64,000 nucleotides of DNA, taken from positions 30,781 through 94,780 of the forward strand of contig LUCB01000003.1 of the NCBI GenBank assembly GCA_001593865.1, read 5' to 3'. This document shows positions 15,101-25,500 of this stretch, piece after piece. The notes below the pieces were generated by a model. That model was not told where the DNA came from and searched no databases. It saw only the letters and a list, made by a program, of their open reading frames with translations. Positions within the stretch are counted from its first letter, which is position 1. Each line of letters begins with the position of its first letter. This DNA comes from Candidatus Bathyarchaeota archaeon B24 (GTDB lineage Archaea > Thermoproteota > CALKCG01 > B24). A program made the translations under genes and the position numbers.

Positions 15101-17095
15101 ATGTCTGTTGAAAGAGTTGAGAAGGTTTCTTTACCTTTGGTAGTGGTTTTCAGCGTCTTCCTCGCCTTCATAAGCATAGTTTGGATAAGTCTACTTCCAT
15201 CCGGCCTTTGGCATTTCTACAACTTAGGTATAGTGGCATGCCCCCTACAGCTCACATCGGCGCCGTTTATAACGATTTTACTTCTGATCGCCATGAACAA
15301 AGCTGGACTTTTAAAGAAGCTTAAAGTCTCTACGATCGTCTATTTCTATATAGCCGCTGTTTCCGTGGCCTGGTATACGGATTATGCCGCTACTTCTGAA
15401 TGGTACGCTGGGGTATGGCATAATCGGAGATACTACCCAGACCTATCCCTACGGTATGTACCATGGTACTTAGCGCCTCCAACCGAAGAGGTTGAACGGC
15501 TCCTCGTAGGAGGTCCCATAAACTGGGGAGCATGGACTATCCCGATACTGTATTGGTCGCTGCTTCACATAGTCTTCTACTTATTCATGGCATCTATCGT
15601 AACGATATTCAGGAGAAGATGGATCGATGTCGAGAAGGTGCCGTTTACACACGTCATGGCCGCCCATGAAATCATAAGGTACACGTTTGAAGAAAAAGGG
15701 GAGACAAAGGCTAAACTGATTAAACCGTTCAGCATAGGAATACTACTTGGACTTATCGTGCAGATACCTATATACATGACGGTCATGTTTCCATGGTTCC
15801 CGGACATTTACGGTTGGAGAGTAAATACGTGCGGACATGGGGGATACTGGATTCCGCCGGAATCACCTCTTTCGTCGATAGTGGGGTTAAGCATGATCCA
15901 GAAGCATCCGGTATTCATAGCTATAGGGTATCTAGTACCCCTATCAATGCTCCTAAGCACCTGGGTGTTTCACCTAGTCTACATCATAGTGGTGCAGATA
16001 GCGTTCACCCTTGGATACTATACAGGTCTAGACACTATCGGAGGGTGCGGTAGAGCCTGGTGTGGGACCATAACGCCGAACTTCGGTGAACCGTTTAAGT
16101 TTATGTCGTTAAGCTATGTAGGAGGCTCAACAGCCCTAACGCTGATCTATCTTCTGCTTAACTGGAGATATGTGAGAGATACGATATCTGCTGCATTAGG
16201 CAGAGGTCCTCTAAAGCGGTACGAGGATGAAGAGCCGATGTCTTACAGATACGCGTATGCTCTGTTGGTGGTCTCCATAATATTGATACTAATCGTCCTA
16301 TCAGGCTGGGGTATGGGAGTCGCTTCGTCATTGATCTTGATATTTACTGTCTTTATCTTCTGGATCGCTAATACCCGTATCTGGGGTTTAGCAGGTTGCA
16401 CCCTCCAAGGGGCTGAGCACGGTAATGCCTTTTATCGGCTGTTCATGTGGCCTCAGGCCCCGCAGCCTCCGACGATGGAGTTTATGGCGTCTGCGTATCT
16501 TTCAGAGTGGCTCGTAGACGTGCCTAAATCGTTTGGTGGAGCTGCACTATCTTTCGCCGCTGGCTATAAAATGGCAAATCTAACAAATATTAGAAGCCGC
16601 GATGTGTTTAAGGCTGTTTTAATAGCGGGAATACTCGGATATCCCGTTGTCATGGCTACATACGTCTACATGTGTCACACCTTTGGTCTCACGCATCTAC
16701 CGGTTTGGGCTGAGAGTACGTATGACTCGTTAATCGATAGATGCGGGAACCCTGACAACTGGAATGTGAGGCCTGGGGAGGAACCGTGGTGGCCTAACTT
16801 CTTAGCCGGGTTTATAATAGTGGCTTTGTTGAGCTGGCTACATGCAAGGTTCATGTGGTTCCCGCTGGAGCCTATAGGGTTTATACTAGGCACCTCCTAT
16901 ATGTCTAGTCTGTGGGGTATCTGGTTTCCGTTTCTGATATCTTGGGTCTTGAAAACTTTAACCCTGAAAGTCGGGGGGACGAGGGCTTACGAAGACTACG
17001 GGATACCGGTGGCCGTCGGCTTCATAACAGGCTACATGGTAGCTGTGCTGGTCGGAGGGGCTATAGGCATAGTGAGGTTCTTCGTACCGTTCTAA
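15101..17095 (+). CDS. Polytopic membrane protein (664 aa), paralog of 12215..14254
   Basis: See 12215..14254. It has its own TATA-like element and a downstream T-tract. Confidence 0.8.
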   Translation: MSVERVEKVSLPLVVVFSVFLAFISIVWISLLPSGLWHFYNLGIVACPLQLTSAPFITILLLIAMNKAGLLKKLKVSTIVYFYIAAVSVAWYTDYAATSEWYAGVWHNRRYYPDLSLRYVPWYLAPPTEEVERLLVGGPINWGAWTIPILYWSLLHIVFYLFMASIVTIFRRRWIDVEKVPFTHVMAAHEIIRYTFEEKGETKAKLIKPFSIGILLGLIVQIPIYMTVMFPWFPDIYGWRVNTCGHGGYWIPPESPLSSIVGLSMIQKHPVFIAIGYLVPLSMLLSTWVFHLVYIIVVQIAFTLGYYTGLDTIGGCGRAWCGTITPNFGEPFKFMSLSYVGGSTALTLIYLLLNWRYVRDTISAALGRGPLKRYEDEEPMSYRYAYALLVVSIILILIVLSGWGMGVASSLILIFTVFIFWIANTRIWGLAGCTLQGAEHGNAFYRLFMWPQAPQPPTMEFMASAYLSEWLVDVPKSFGGAALSFAAGYKMANLTNIRSRDVFKAVLIAGILGYPVVMATYVYMCHTFGLTHLPVWAESTYDSLIDRCGNPDNWNVRPGEEPWWPNFLAGFIIVALLSWLHARFMWFPLEPIGFILGTSYMSSLWGIWFPFLISWVLKTLTLKVGGTRAYEDYGIPVAVGFITGYMVAVLVGGAIGIVRFFVPF

Positions 17096-17102
17096 CCTCT
17101 CA

Positions 17103-17116
17103 TTTTATTAATTTTT
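17103..17116 (+). terminator. Oligo-T tracts after 15101..17095
   Basis: caTTTTattaaTTTTTatg begins 8 nt after the stop. Confidence 0.4.
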
Positions 17117-17161
17117 ATGTAGATTGCATATGTATCGACGAAGGGTTTGGTGGTTTTAGCG

Positions 17162-17882
17162 ATGAGTTCGAGGGATAGGATGGTCGCTAGTATATGTTGT
17201 GAGGAGCCTGATCGTGTGCCTGTCTATCTCAGGGTATTCGAGAGAAATTATCTGGTGAATAGGGCTCTAGCTTAGAGAAGTCGATTCGAGAGGGTTAAGC
17301 TCTTTTTAAGCCTCGGCCTCGATTACGTTTTAAATCTCCACCCTTCCCTCATGGTAAACCCTGAAGTAGAGGTTAAAGTTGTCAAAGAATCTGAAGCTGG
17401 AGAGGAGTATCCGATACTGGTTAAGGTATATAGCACTCCTAAGGGAGCGTTGAAGCATATCGTGAAGATGACACGGGATTGGCTGCATGGCGAAGATATT
17501 CCGGTATTCGACGACTACATCGTCCCGAGAACTAGGTGAAAGAATATTTGGTAGAGCGTGAAGAAGACTTAGATGCGCTATCTGTTTTATTCATGAGACC
17601 AAATGGTCTGGTTCTCGAAAGCTTTTTAAAAGAGGCAGAGAGGATCGGAGGGTTTGCCGAGGAGAACTGTGTTTTAGTGATGGGTTGGGGCCTATGGATG
17701 GCGACACCGTTATATAGCTTTGCAGGATCGAGAAGGCTGTGCATGAGACTATTGAAAAGCCGGCTCCTGGGGGTGGATTTATTCTAGGGGCTGTAGATGC
17801 CATATTTAAGGATACCCCATCTGAGGGTGTGAAGGCTTTCATAGAGGCTTGGCGTGACATATGCTCCTATCCATATAGATAA
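17162..17882 (+). pseudogene. Decayed uroporphyrinogen-decarboxylase (URO-D/MtaA-like) family gene, broken into at least 4 frame segments and internally shortened
   Basis: Segment 1 from the ATG at 17162 reads MSSRDRMVASICCEEPDRVPVYLRVFERNYLVNRALA*, a typical URO-D family N-terminus (..PDRVPV). ORFs 17351..17539 and 17536..17787 follow in other frames. The last segment (17718..17882) reads IEKAVHETIEKPAPGGGFILGAVDAIFKDTPSEGVKAFIEAWRDI, a URO-D-like C-terminus. The total is ~240 codons against ~340 expected. Confidence 0.5.
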
Positions 17883-17905
17883 AAATGGTTAGGATCTTGG
17901 TAACA

Positions 17906-19177
17906 CTATTCTAGAGATCGTCGCTCTCTTTTCTCTTTTATAGACTGTTTAATAGTTATGGTTATGAATATGTTGGTCGTTAAGACCGCTATCGAGGCGA
18001 GAAACGGGATTCTAGGGTCTATCTGGTAGGCGTATCCAGCTAACGTGGGGGTTAGCCAGTTGGCTAACGCCGAGAAGGTGGTCGACAGGGAGAGTACTTT
18101 GGCCCTAGCCTTTTCATCTACTACGTCTATCCTATTGGTAAGAAACGTTCTGATAGCTGGATATGCGAGGGTGTAGAAGCCGCTGAGTACTCCTGATAGG
18201 GTTGCTAAGCTTAGATATCCCTTAGGAGCCGTCACAAGCACGGTGAGCGATAGGGCGGATAGAAGGTAAGCTATGGTCAGAGATTTAAGGAGCGTCTTTT
18301 CTTCCCGTATCATGGGGGAGAATATCGTGAGTAGGAGTATCGAGGTGACCGAGGACGCCGCGGGTACGAGAGATGCGAGGCTTTCGTCCAAAGCTAATCC
18401 CCTGGAGTCTGTGAGGTACAGCGCGTTATAAGTGCCTGAAATCGTATAATAGAGAGCACCTAGGATATTACATAGGAATATTAGAAGTATGGGCTTCCTT
18501 CTGACGACTATCTGAAGCGCTTTACGGTAGCCTTTAAACCCTGATATTTCGCCCCTCTCCTTCAGCAAAGCCTTACCGATCTCTGTCTCCCTGAGAAAGA
18601 TCTGGCGTAGAATGAACATGGTGGTTAAACTCGTTAGGGCGAGTATACACATGGCTCTGTAGCCTGCTACGATACCGTATGTAGAAACCATGATTCCTGC
18701 CAGCGGTGTCAGTAGGCTTCCGGAGACGTAGATTAAGTTGATGTAGCCGTATATGCTGGCCCTATGCTCTGGACAGGTGTCCTCTACGAGCATACACTCC
18801 CAAACCGGGAATATAACGGTCACAAGACCTTCGAATATTATGGCTAGTAGCATTTGCCAGAATTCTGTAGCCAATATCCATAGGATAAGCGAGGTGATCC
18901 AGCCCATCACGTCGAACAGCATGAAAACTCTCTTTCTCCCAAACCTATCGGCTAGGTATCCTCCCAGTAGGGGGAGAAATGTCTGCAATATCGAGTATAG
19001 GGTTATGGTGAAGCCTATCTCGACCTCGGATACGCCTAGGCTTTTCATGAAGATCGGTCTGTAGAAGAATATCCAGCTCATAGGGATGCTCCAGAGCGGC
19101 TCCGTGGCTATCAAAACCCTGGCGTTTCTACCCCACTCTCTAAACGGCGTCTTTACCGAGGTTTTGGCTTTACGCAT
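17906..19177 (-). CDS. MFS transporter (12 TM)
   Basis: 423 aa. It carries the MFS loop 2-3 signature GGYLADRFGRKRVFM and has a two-times-six TM organisation. Confidence 0.85.
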   Translation of the reverse strand: MRKAKTSVKTPFREWGRNARVLIATEPLWSIPMSWIFFYRPIFMKSLGVSEVEIGFTITLYSILQTFLPLLGGYLADRFGRKRVFMLFDVMGWITSLILWILATEFWQMLLAIIFEGLVTVIFPVWECMLVEDTCPEHRASIYGYINLIYVSGSLLTPLAGIMVSTYGIVAGYRAMCILALTSLTTMFILRQIFLRETEIGKALLKERGEISGFKGYRKALQIVVRRKPILLIFLCNILGALYYTISGTYNALYLTDSRGLALDESLASLVPAASSVTSILLLTIFSPMIREEKTLLKSLTIAYLLSALSLTVLVTAPKGYLSLATLSGVLSGFYTLAYPAIRTFLTNRIDVVDEKARAKVLSLSTTFSALANWLTPTLAGYAYQIDPRIPFLASIAVLTTNIFITITIKQSIKEKRERRSLE

Positions 19178-19248
19178 AGAGCTCCTCCTTTGTCTCTAAA
19201 GCCGGTAGACGATTCTCTACAGGAAGAAAAATAACAGAGGGAGAAGAC

Positions 19249-20391
19249 TTAATAGGGTTTGAATCTGGTCTCGACTTCCATGATCCTATTCGTCCTAGAA
19301 GACATTATCGATTTTATCATGATCTCGCTTACATGAGCTCCCCAATCTATGTTTGGTATCGGCTCCTCGTCCTTAACTATGCATCCTAAGAAGTGCTTGG
19401 TCGAAGCGGCGTAGTAGTTCCACCAGCGTCCCCCGACGCTATCCCAGTCGACCTTAACCCAGCCTCTCCCGGATTTCACGTCTTTATACGCCAAGGCGTA
19501 GGCTCCACCTATGAGTAGACCGCCGTTAGAGCCATAGACCTCTATGTCTGGGAGCATACCGACATCATCTCTAACCCCATCTGGGGTCACGAAGTTCGCC
19601 ACCACTACCCCTAGGCTTCCCGCCTCCATCTCCATCAGGGTTAACGTGTTGTCCTCGGCCTCCACCCTAATCCTCAAAGTTTTAGGAGCCTTCTCAAGTG
19701 CCTCCCAGACGATCCTGTAGGGGGCTTTGGACAGGTAGTCCGTAAACCACTCCGGCGGCACGATATTTATCTCAGGTATCGAGACCTTAGCTAACCCTGC
19801 AACCCTTTTGACAGGCCCGAGTAGAAACGTTAAAGCCGAGATCTCGTACACGCCAAGGTCGAACAGAGGACCCCCTGCCTCCTTAGAGAAAAACGTCTTA
19901 GCCCCCCAGACAGGCGGTCCTCGGCCTAGGCCAGCTCTAAACCAGTATATGTCGCCTATGCTCTTTAAAGCCTCTTTAGCTTTAACGTATACCGGGAACA
20001 TCTGAACCCCAGGCTCTACGAGTACCTTAACACCTGCCCTCTTAACAGCGTCTACGGCTTTTCTAAGGTCTTCCATGTTCGTGGCCAAGGGCTTTTGAAC
20101 AAGTATATGCTTACCTGCCTCGGCGGCTTCTACGACTTGCTTAGCGTGGTCGCCCATACCGGTCAGTATGAAAACCGCCTCGATATCCGATTTCTCGATC
20201 ATCTCCCCAAATCTTCCATAATACTCCTTAGCGCCCCATAGTTTAGCCGACCTCTCAGCTCGCTCCTCTATCGAATCGCATACCGCTACGAGTTCACCAT
20301 ACTCTCTGATAGCTGGGAGATAGGCATTATTAGCCACGATACCGCAGCCCACCACACCACATTTAACTTTCCTAGAGAGCATAATCGACAT
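19249..20391 (-). CDS. Gfo/Idh/MocA family NAD(P)-dependent oxidoreductase
   Basis: N-terminal Rossmann motif KCGVVGCGIVANNAYLPAI and the family motif HILVQKPLA, followed by the C-terminal alpha/beta domain. Confidence 0.85.
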   Translation of the reverse strand: MSIMLSRKVKCGVVGCGIVANNAYLPAIREYGELVAVCDSIEERAERSAKLWGAKEYYGRFGEMIEKSDIEAVFILTGMGDHAKQVVEAAEAGKHILVQKPLATNMEDLRKAVDAVKRAGVKVLVEPGVQMFPVYVKAKEALKSIGDIYWFRAGLGRGPPVWGAKTFFSKEAGGPLFDLGVYEISALTFLLGPVKRVAGLAKVSIPEINIVPPEWFTDYLSKAPYRIVWEALEKAPKTLRIRVEAEDNTLTLMEMEAGSLGVVVANFVTPDGVRDDVGMLPDIEVYGSNGGLLIGGAYALAYKDVKSGRGWVKVDWDSVGGRWWNYYAASTKHFLGCIVKDEEPIPNIDWGAHVSEIMIKSIMSSRTNRIMEVETRFKPY

Positions 20392-20651
20392 CCTCCGCTA
20401 TGAATACGCATATCCGGGTAGGCGTCTTATAAGATTATTCACGGCACTTTTATTCGGTCAGGATCACGGAGGAAGTTCACGCTGTCCGTAGTGACACTAT
20501 TCAAAAGGCTCTGGATAGATATCAAAAGAGTTCCGTTTACGCAAGCCTTGGTGGAGCGCTATGGATTATAAGGTTCCTCATACCTAGACGATATCCCCAT
20601 TTTTCCGGTTGTGAAATACCTTTATAAGCATCTAGAAAGTTCCTCTAAAAT

Positions 20652-21428
20652 TTGGGGTTGTTTTTGAGGCTGAAGACTATAAGCCTTATATCGTTTATCA
20701 CCGTGTTGTTTCTAGTTCATGCTCCTGATTTCTCCTCTGGCTTCTCTCAGCCTGGATGGGTTAAGCCAGGTGCCTATGTCGAGTATGGCTGTAACGTGAC
20801 CGTTTATAAGGGGGCTCCATATGCCCCTAGCTCTGGAACTTTTAGATGGACTGTAGTGAACGTTACCGGCGGTAAGATTTATGTGCTTTATGAGATGAGA
20901 ATCGAAGATCTCTCGCTTGAGAAAACGCTCGTGGTCGATGCAGAGACCAATAGAATACTCTCGATAGACGGGGAGTCTGTGGGAAACATCACAAATTATC
21001 TCTGGCTCAGTTATATTCCGAGGATTGGAGGTTTCATTCAGCTTGAGGATCTAATGGCCGAGGTCGTGGACCTGAGGAAGTTTTCTTCTAGGCTGTTCAC
21101 TAACAGGACGTGTTGGGTTACTAACGCGACCTTCAGCATAGCCAATGTAAACGCGGGAGATTTGAAAAACGCTACTATGGAAGGTTTCATAGAGAGGATG
21201 TACGACTCTGAGACCGGCATACTTGTGTATTCACGCTTCTTAATAGAGTTTAAAGGGTCTGACGGTAAGGTCACTCAGAGCTACTTCTCTAGAATAGTGA
21301 TCTCCTCGACGAACATAGAGGAGCTTAGTGGCCGACGACCAGCTGTCATACCCATGACCGTCGCAGCGGTGTTTATAGTCGCGGTTCTTCTACTGGCTAG
21401 AAGAATCCTCCATATAGGATTAGTTTGA
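20652..21428 (+). CDS. Secreted, C-terminally anchored glycoprotein-like protein (hypothetical)
   Basis: TTG start with uncertain position. Signal-like N-terminus ISLISFITVLFLVHA. Many sequons (NVT x2, NIT, NRT, NAT x2). C-terminal TM is AVIPMTVAAVFIVAVLLLA-RR. Confidence 0.55.
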   Translation: MGLFLRLKTISLISFITVLFLVHAPDFSSGFSQPGWVKPGAYVEYGCNVTVYKGAPYAPSSGTFRWTVVNVTGGKIYVLYEMRIEDLSLEKTLVVDAETNRILSIDGESVGNITNYLWLSYIPRIGGFIQLEDLMAEVVDLRKFSSRLFTNRTCWVTNATFSIANVNAGDLKNATMEGFIERMYDSETGILVYSRFLIEFKGSDGKVTQSYFSRIVISSTNIEELSGRRPAVIPMTVAAVFIVAVLLLARRILHIGLV

Positions 21429-22287
21429 TAATTACGTCCACTAAGACCGGTGTTAAACCCGCTATTAGAGCCTTCTTCTTCGGCATTCGGCAGAGTATGT
21501 GAAGCGCTACGGAGCATATCAGGTAGCTCCAGACCGAGAACGAGTACCCGATGTTGAAGAGAACTTGCGGTATCGTAAGTGTCTCCCACTCAGTTTTGTA
21601 GGTGTTTGTCATCGTGTCTGCTATTTCGATGTTTTTCAGGTTCATCCGTACAAGGGTTATAGAGGATGAGAGCATGACGACAGCTGTATCGACGGCTACG
21701 ACGACCGTTAACGGAGGGACTACGAAGAGTATCATGGCTGCTTCGATAACCTTGCCTATTATGTAAACGCTTATCGAGTATGTAGTCGCCATGAGGATGG
21801 TTGTGAAGCTTCTCTCCGCTCTGAGTAGCCACGTCATTAAATAGTATATCGCTGTGGTTCTGAGGATGAAATAGCCGTTATTTATAAGGGACATGACCGC
21901 CAAACGTATGGCTGTCGCGTAATCCATCAGCGATGGGTTTAGGGGTTCTAAGAGGTCGGGTCTTTTAAGGATGTAGAGGTTTGTCTTGAAGAGCATGAAA
22001 AGTTGTTTGTTGATTATGTCCATCGCTATCAGTATCGCAAGTATCGCTATAGGACCTCCTATATCTGGGTTCTCCGCTATCTCCTTGAACGCTTTGAACG
22101 GGTTGGCTATGACAAGCCCTGTTCTTCTGGAGAACTCTCTAAGCCATAAGGCTACATGTTTGAGGGTTGATTTTAGACCACCTAGGATTATCGTCGCTGC
22201 GGTTTGTAGTGTTTGAATTTTTCCACGTCGTTTCCTCCGTCTTCTGGGTTTTCTTCTCCGCCTTGTTTTAGGCTTGGTCTCTCCCAA
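21397..22287 (-). CDS. Yip1-domain-like multi-pass membrane protein with a polybasic N-terminus
   Basis: The N-terminus is KTRRRRKPRRRRKRRGK. Then NPFKAFKEIAENPDIGGPIAILAILIAMDIINKQLF plus 5 TM resembles the Yip1/DUF1282 organisation. Its 3' end overlaps convergent 20652..21428 by 32 nt. Confidence 0.6.
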   Translation of the reverse strand: MGETKPKTRRRRKPRRRRKRRGKIQTLQTAATIILGGLKSTLKHVALWLREFSRRTGLVIANPFKAFKEIAENPDIGGPIAILAILIAMDIINKQLFMLFKTNLYILKRPDLLEPLNPSLMDYATAIRLAVMSLINNGYFILRTTAIYYLMTWLLRAERSFTTILMATTYSISVYIIGKVIEAAMILFVVPPLTVVVAVDTAVVMLSSSITLVRMNLKNIEIADTMTNTYKTEWETLTIPQVLFNIGYSFSVWSYLICSVALHILCRMPKKKALIAGLTPVLVDVIIKLILYGGFF

Positions 22288-22582
22288 TTTTTCTACATCT
22301 CCGGTTTCGTTCGCTAAGACTTCTAGAAGCTTTTAGAAGCGACATCTAATATATCTTTCCCACACCTCTGCCGAACTCCACTTGAGCGAGGTCGGTGCGG
22401 GGGTTTAACCGTGGAATGGGGAGCGGCTGGGATATTTATTGCCAGTTTATTTTTTAGCGGAGGTTCTTGGTTTTCTTTTTTAGAGCGCTTTAAGAGGAGG
22501 TATGTGAAGTCTTCTGTGTGGGTTTTTAGAAAACTTAAAAAGTAGTTATGTGTTGGTTAGTAGTTAGGGGCTCTGGGGAGGG

Positions 22583-25500
22583 TTGGAGTTGAGGACTGGT
22601 TCTTTTAAAATCTTTTTGGCTGTTTTAGCGGTTATGTTGTTGTTTCCTGTTTCTACTTCGACGGTTGCTCAAGAAGCCTCTAAGGATGTAAAATGTACGT
22701 TAGTTATGTATATTATGAATTTTATGACGAGTTCCCCGGAGCCTAGAATTAATGTGTCGGCTATTTTAACCAACGTAACTTTAAGTGGTGTTACGGATGA
22801 ATTTGGATGTGTGAAATCTTCTTTCAACGCTTCAAAGGATCTCGTTAATAATCTTATGTTGAATGAATTATCGTTGTATGGGAATTTTACTGTGATAAGG
22901 ATTCAGGATTATTTGATGGAAGACTTGCAATATGATTCGTTTTATTCTGAATCTACTGTGACTTACACGGGTTTGGCTATAAGACCAAGGGTTGTGGAAA
23001 GTAGGAGGGAGACTCTTCTGTATTATTATGTGTACGTGTTAAAGAGTAGAGTGGTGAACGTGAGTGACTTGGATGTCTCGACCATGCAGATACTTCCTAG
23101 CGGCGATTTACGTATTAGATGGCGGAGAAAGCTTATCTTGGATGCCAGACCTGCTGTTCCTATAGATAGGGGGGCTAGTCGTTATGAGAGTCTTTATCTG
23201 TTCCCGTTAAACTATACGGTTAATGTAAAAGTAATGGTTTATCGCTATGGTTTCTTAGTTGATGAGTATTCTGTTAAAACGCTTGTAAGTGGTAACAGAA
23301 CCTACGTAAATATTATGGGGCCGATTCTAGATATTAAGATTAACGAAACGTTAAAGCCTTTTGAGGAGGAGATAGCTACGCTTAAGTTCTTGGGTTTATC
23401 TATGATCGATGAGGAGAGGCTTCTCATAAGGATTAATAATCAGAAAGACAGTATTCTGAGGTTGATCGAAAATAGGAGTTATGATCCTGCTTTCGCTCAA
23501 TTAAGGTTCTTAGCTAAGAAGGTTGCTGAGTTAGGAAGTAGGCTATCTAACTTAGGTGCCTCTTTAACATGGTCTTCTATACTGGTTATGGCGTTTATCT
23601 ACGCGTTTTCATCGCTTTTACCTACTCTGATGACTGACGATGCTAAAAGAAAGCTTATCATGAAATTTGCGATATATTTCTCTTTGTTGTTGATTTTCCT
23701 ATATAGCCATAACGAGTTTAAGATCGCAGTATCTATGATATCTTCTAACATCCTTCTAACCGATATTAAATACCTTGATGACTTCACAGTACTGCTTATG
23801 GGTGTGGGCGTGGGGAGTCTAGGGGTTCTTATACCCACTTTGATATCGCTTTATTCTCCCCCGGTGGTGAGCTTAAGCCTAGACTTGAGTATAAGAGATC
23901 TTAAACGACATCTATCAAGATCTCTTCTAACGATTTTCGCGTTCTCCCTCATAATAGCGTCGACGCTGGCTGTTTTTAAGATATCATATAGCCACATGCT
24001 CTCCGAGACGGAGACGATTGCTCGATTCAAGCGCGACATAATATGTCTGCAATCCACGACCAACAATATAATCGTTAAAGACAATTTAATATTCTTGAAG
24101 TCTATGCCTTGGATTAACTCATCCTATTTGTTTAAATCACTGTATGGTGATATTTCATTGGATAGTCTCTCAGGTTTTGCCGCTATCAGGTTGATTTCGC
24201 GAGATTATGGTATGCTTGAGCAGCGGTTCGACATTTTAGGAGTCGACCCGGAGTTTCTAGATGAGTACTTCAACTTCTCTACGACGATTACTAAAGGCGG
24301 GTACCTCTCTGGAAGTGAGAGAGCTATCCTTGTTCCAGCCTCGTTGGAGTATTACTTGAGGCCGTTAGATAGGGTTAGGATGCGCTTTGTGATCGTGAGT
24401 TCTGTAGGTCAGCAGTTAACGGATGTGGCTGAATACGACTTTGGAGAGTTTATTGTTAAAGGGTTCTTCGACCCAGACTCTGTCGATAGGATTACACTTC
24501 CTGATGGGTCGCCGTTGATAGATGTATCGTATAAGACGGTAATAGTACCCGGAGACCTCCTGCCAGATTCGATAGATGCGCGTCATCTGACTATAACAAT
24601 TCCTAGGCTTAGAAACATCGTATCCTTCTCGGGACCAACGTACATAGACATACTTAAAGTCCAATATGCGTTCTTATTGCCAGACCCCAGTAGCGGAGTC
24701 GACGTTTATGAGAAGGCTAGGGAGCTTATGGATCTGACGGGCTTCCGGACGTTTGGTTTCTCAAACGGAGTCTGTAAAACATATGAGGAATTGTATGTTC
24801 TGAACGTCGTGGGCTTCTCATCGATCGTGCCTCCCCTCGTGATAGTTACGCTTATAATCGTGTTGGTCATGAACTCCGTCATCTATGAGCGGCGTAGGGA
24901 GATATGGACCCTAGCTGTATTAGGCGGTAACCCACGTAACATAACAAACATGTTTCTTACAGAGGCGTTGATCACAGGAATCCTGTCGACAACCATAGGC
25001 TATCTATGCTATACCACCGTCTACTTGTTGTCCGGGGTGCTGATACCCATCATACAGAGCTTGAACCCTGAGCTTGTTAAGCTCTTCGTGGAGATGAAGT
25101 CCGCATCAGGCTTCGACCTTTCCTCCATCCTTGTAGTGTTGTTCATAGGTTTGGCAGTCCCCGTGATCGGCAGCTACATACCCTGTATAAAGGCTCACGG
25201 CCTAACCCTCCTCGGTAGACCTCCTAAGAGGAACATAAGTGAAGATGTACGGACGAGAGGGGAGTTAGCTGAATATTCTCTCCCGATCAGAGCTACACCT
25301 TTCGACGGGGAGATGCTTTATAACTATCTGAAAGACAATTTCCTCACGAAGACCTTCCAGGTTAAGAAGCTCTCTGGGAACGCTTATCAAGACGGGACCT
25401 TCGACTTTAAGTTTACGCTACAGTTCAGGAACGTGCTCACCGAGTGTAACTTAAAGGGTATTAGACGGGGAGATACGATATATCCTGTTCTAACATTCCC

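Noticed and set aside
17351-17787. ORFs 17351..17539 and 17536..17787 (and antisense 17532..17860) considered as genuine small genes.
   Set aside because: Together with the flanking frame segments they read as consecutive pieces of one URO-D-family protein interrupted by stops and frameshifts. A pseudogene interpretation is preferred.
21397-21428. The 32-nt 3'-end overlap of convergent genes 20652..21428 and 21397..22287, considered as a possible annotation artefact or antisense regulatory arrangement.
   Set aside because: Both ORFs end in plausible TM/basic tails and the overlap is short. Nothing beyond compact genome packing can be supported from sequence alone.
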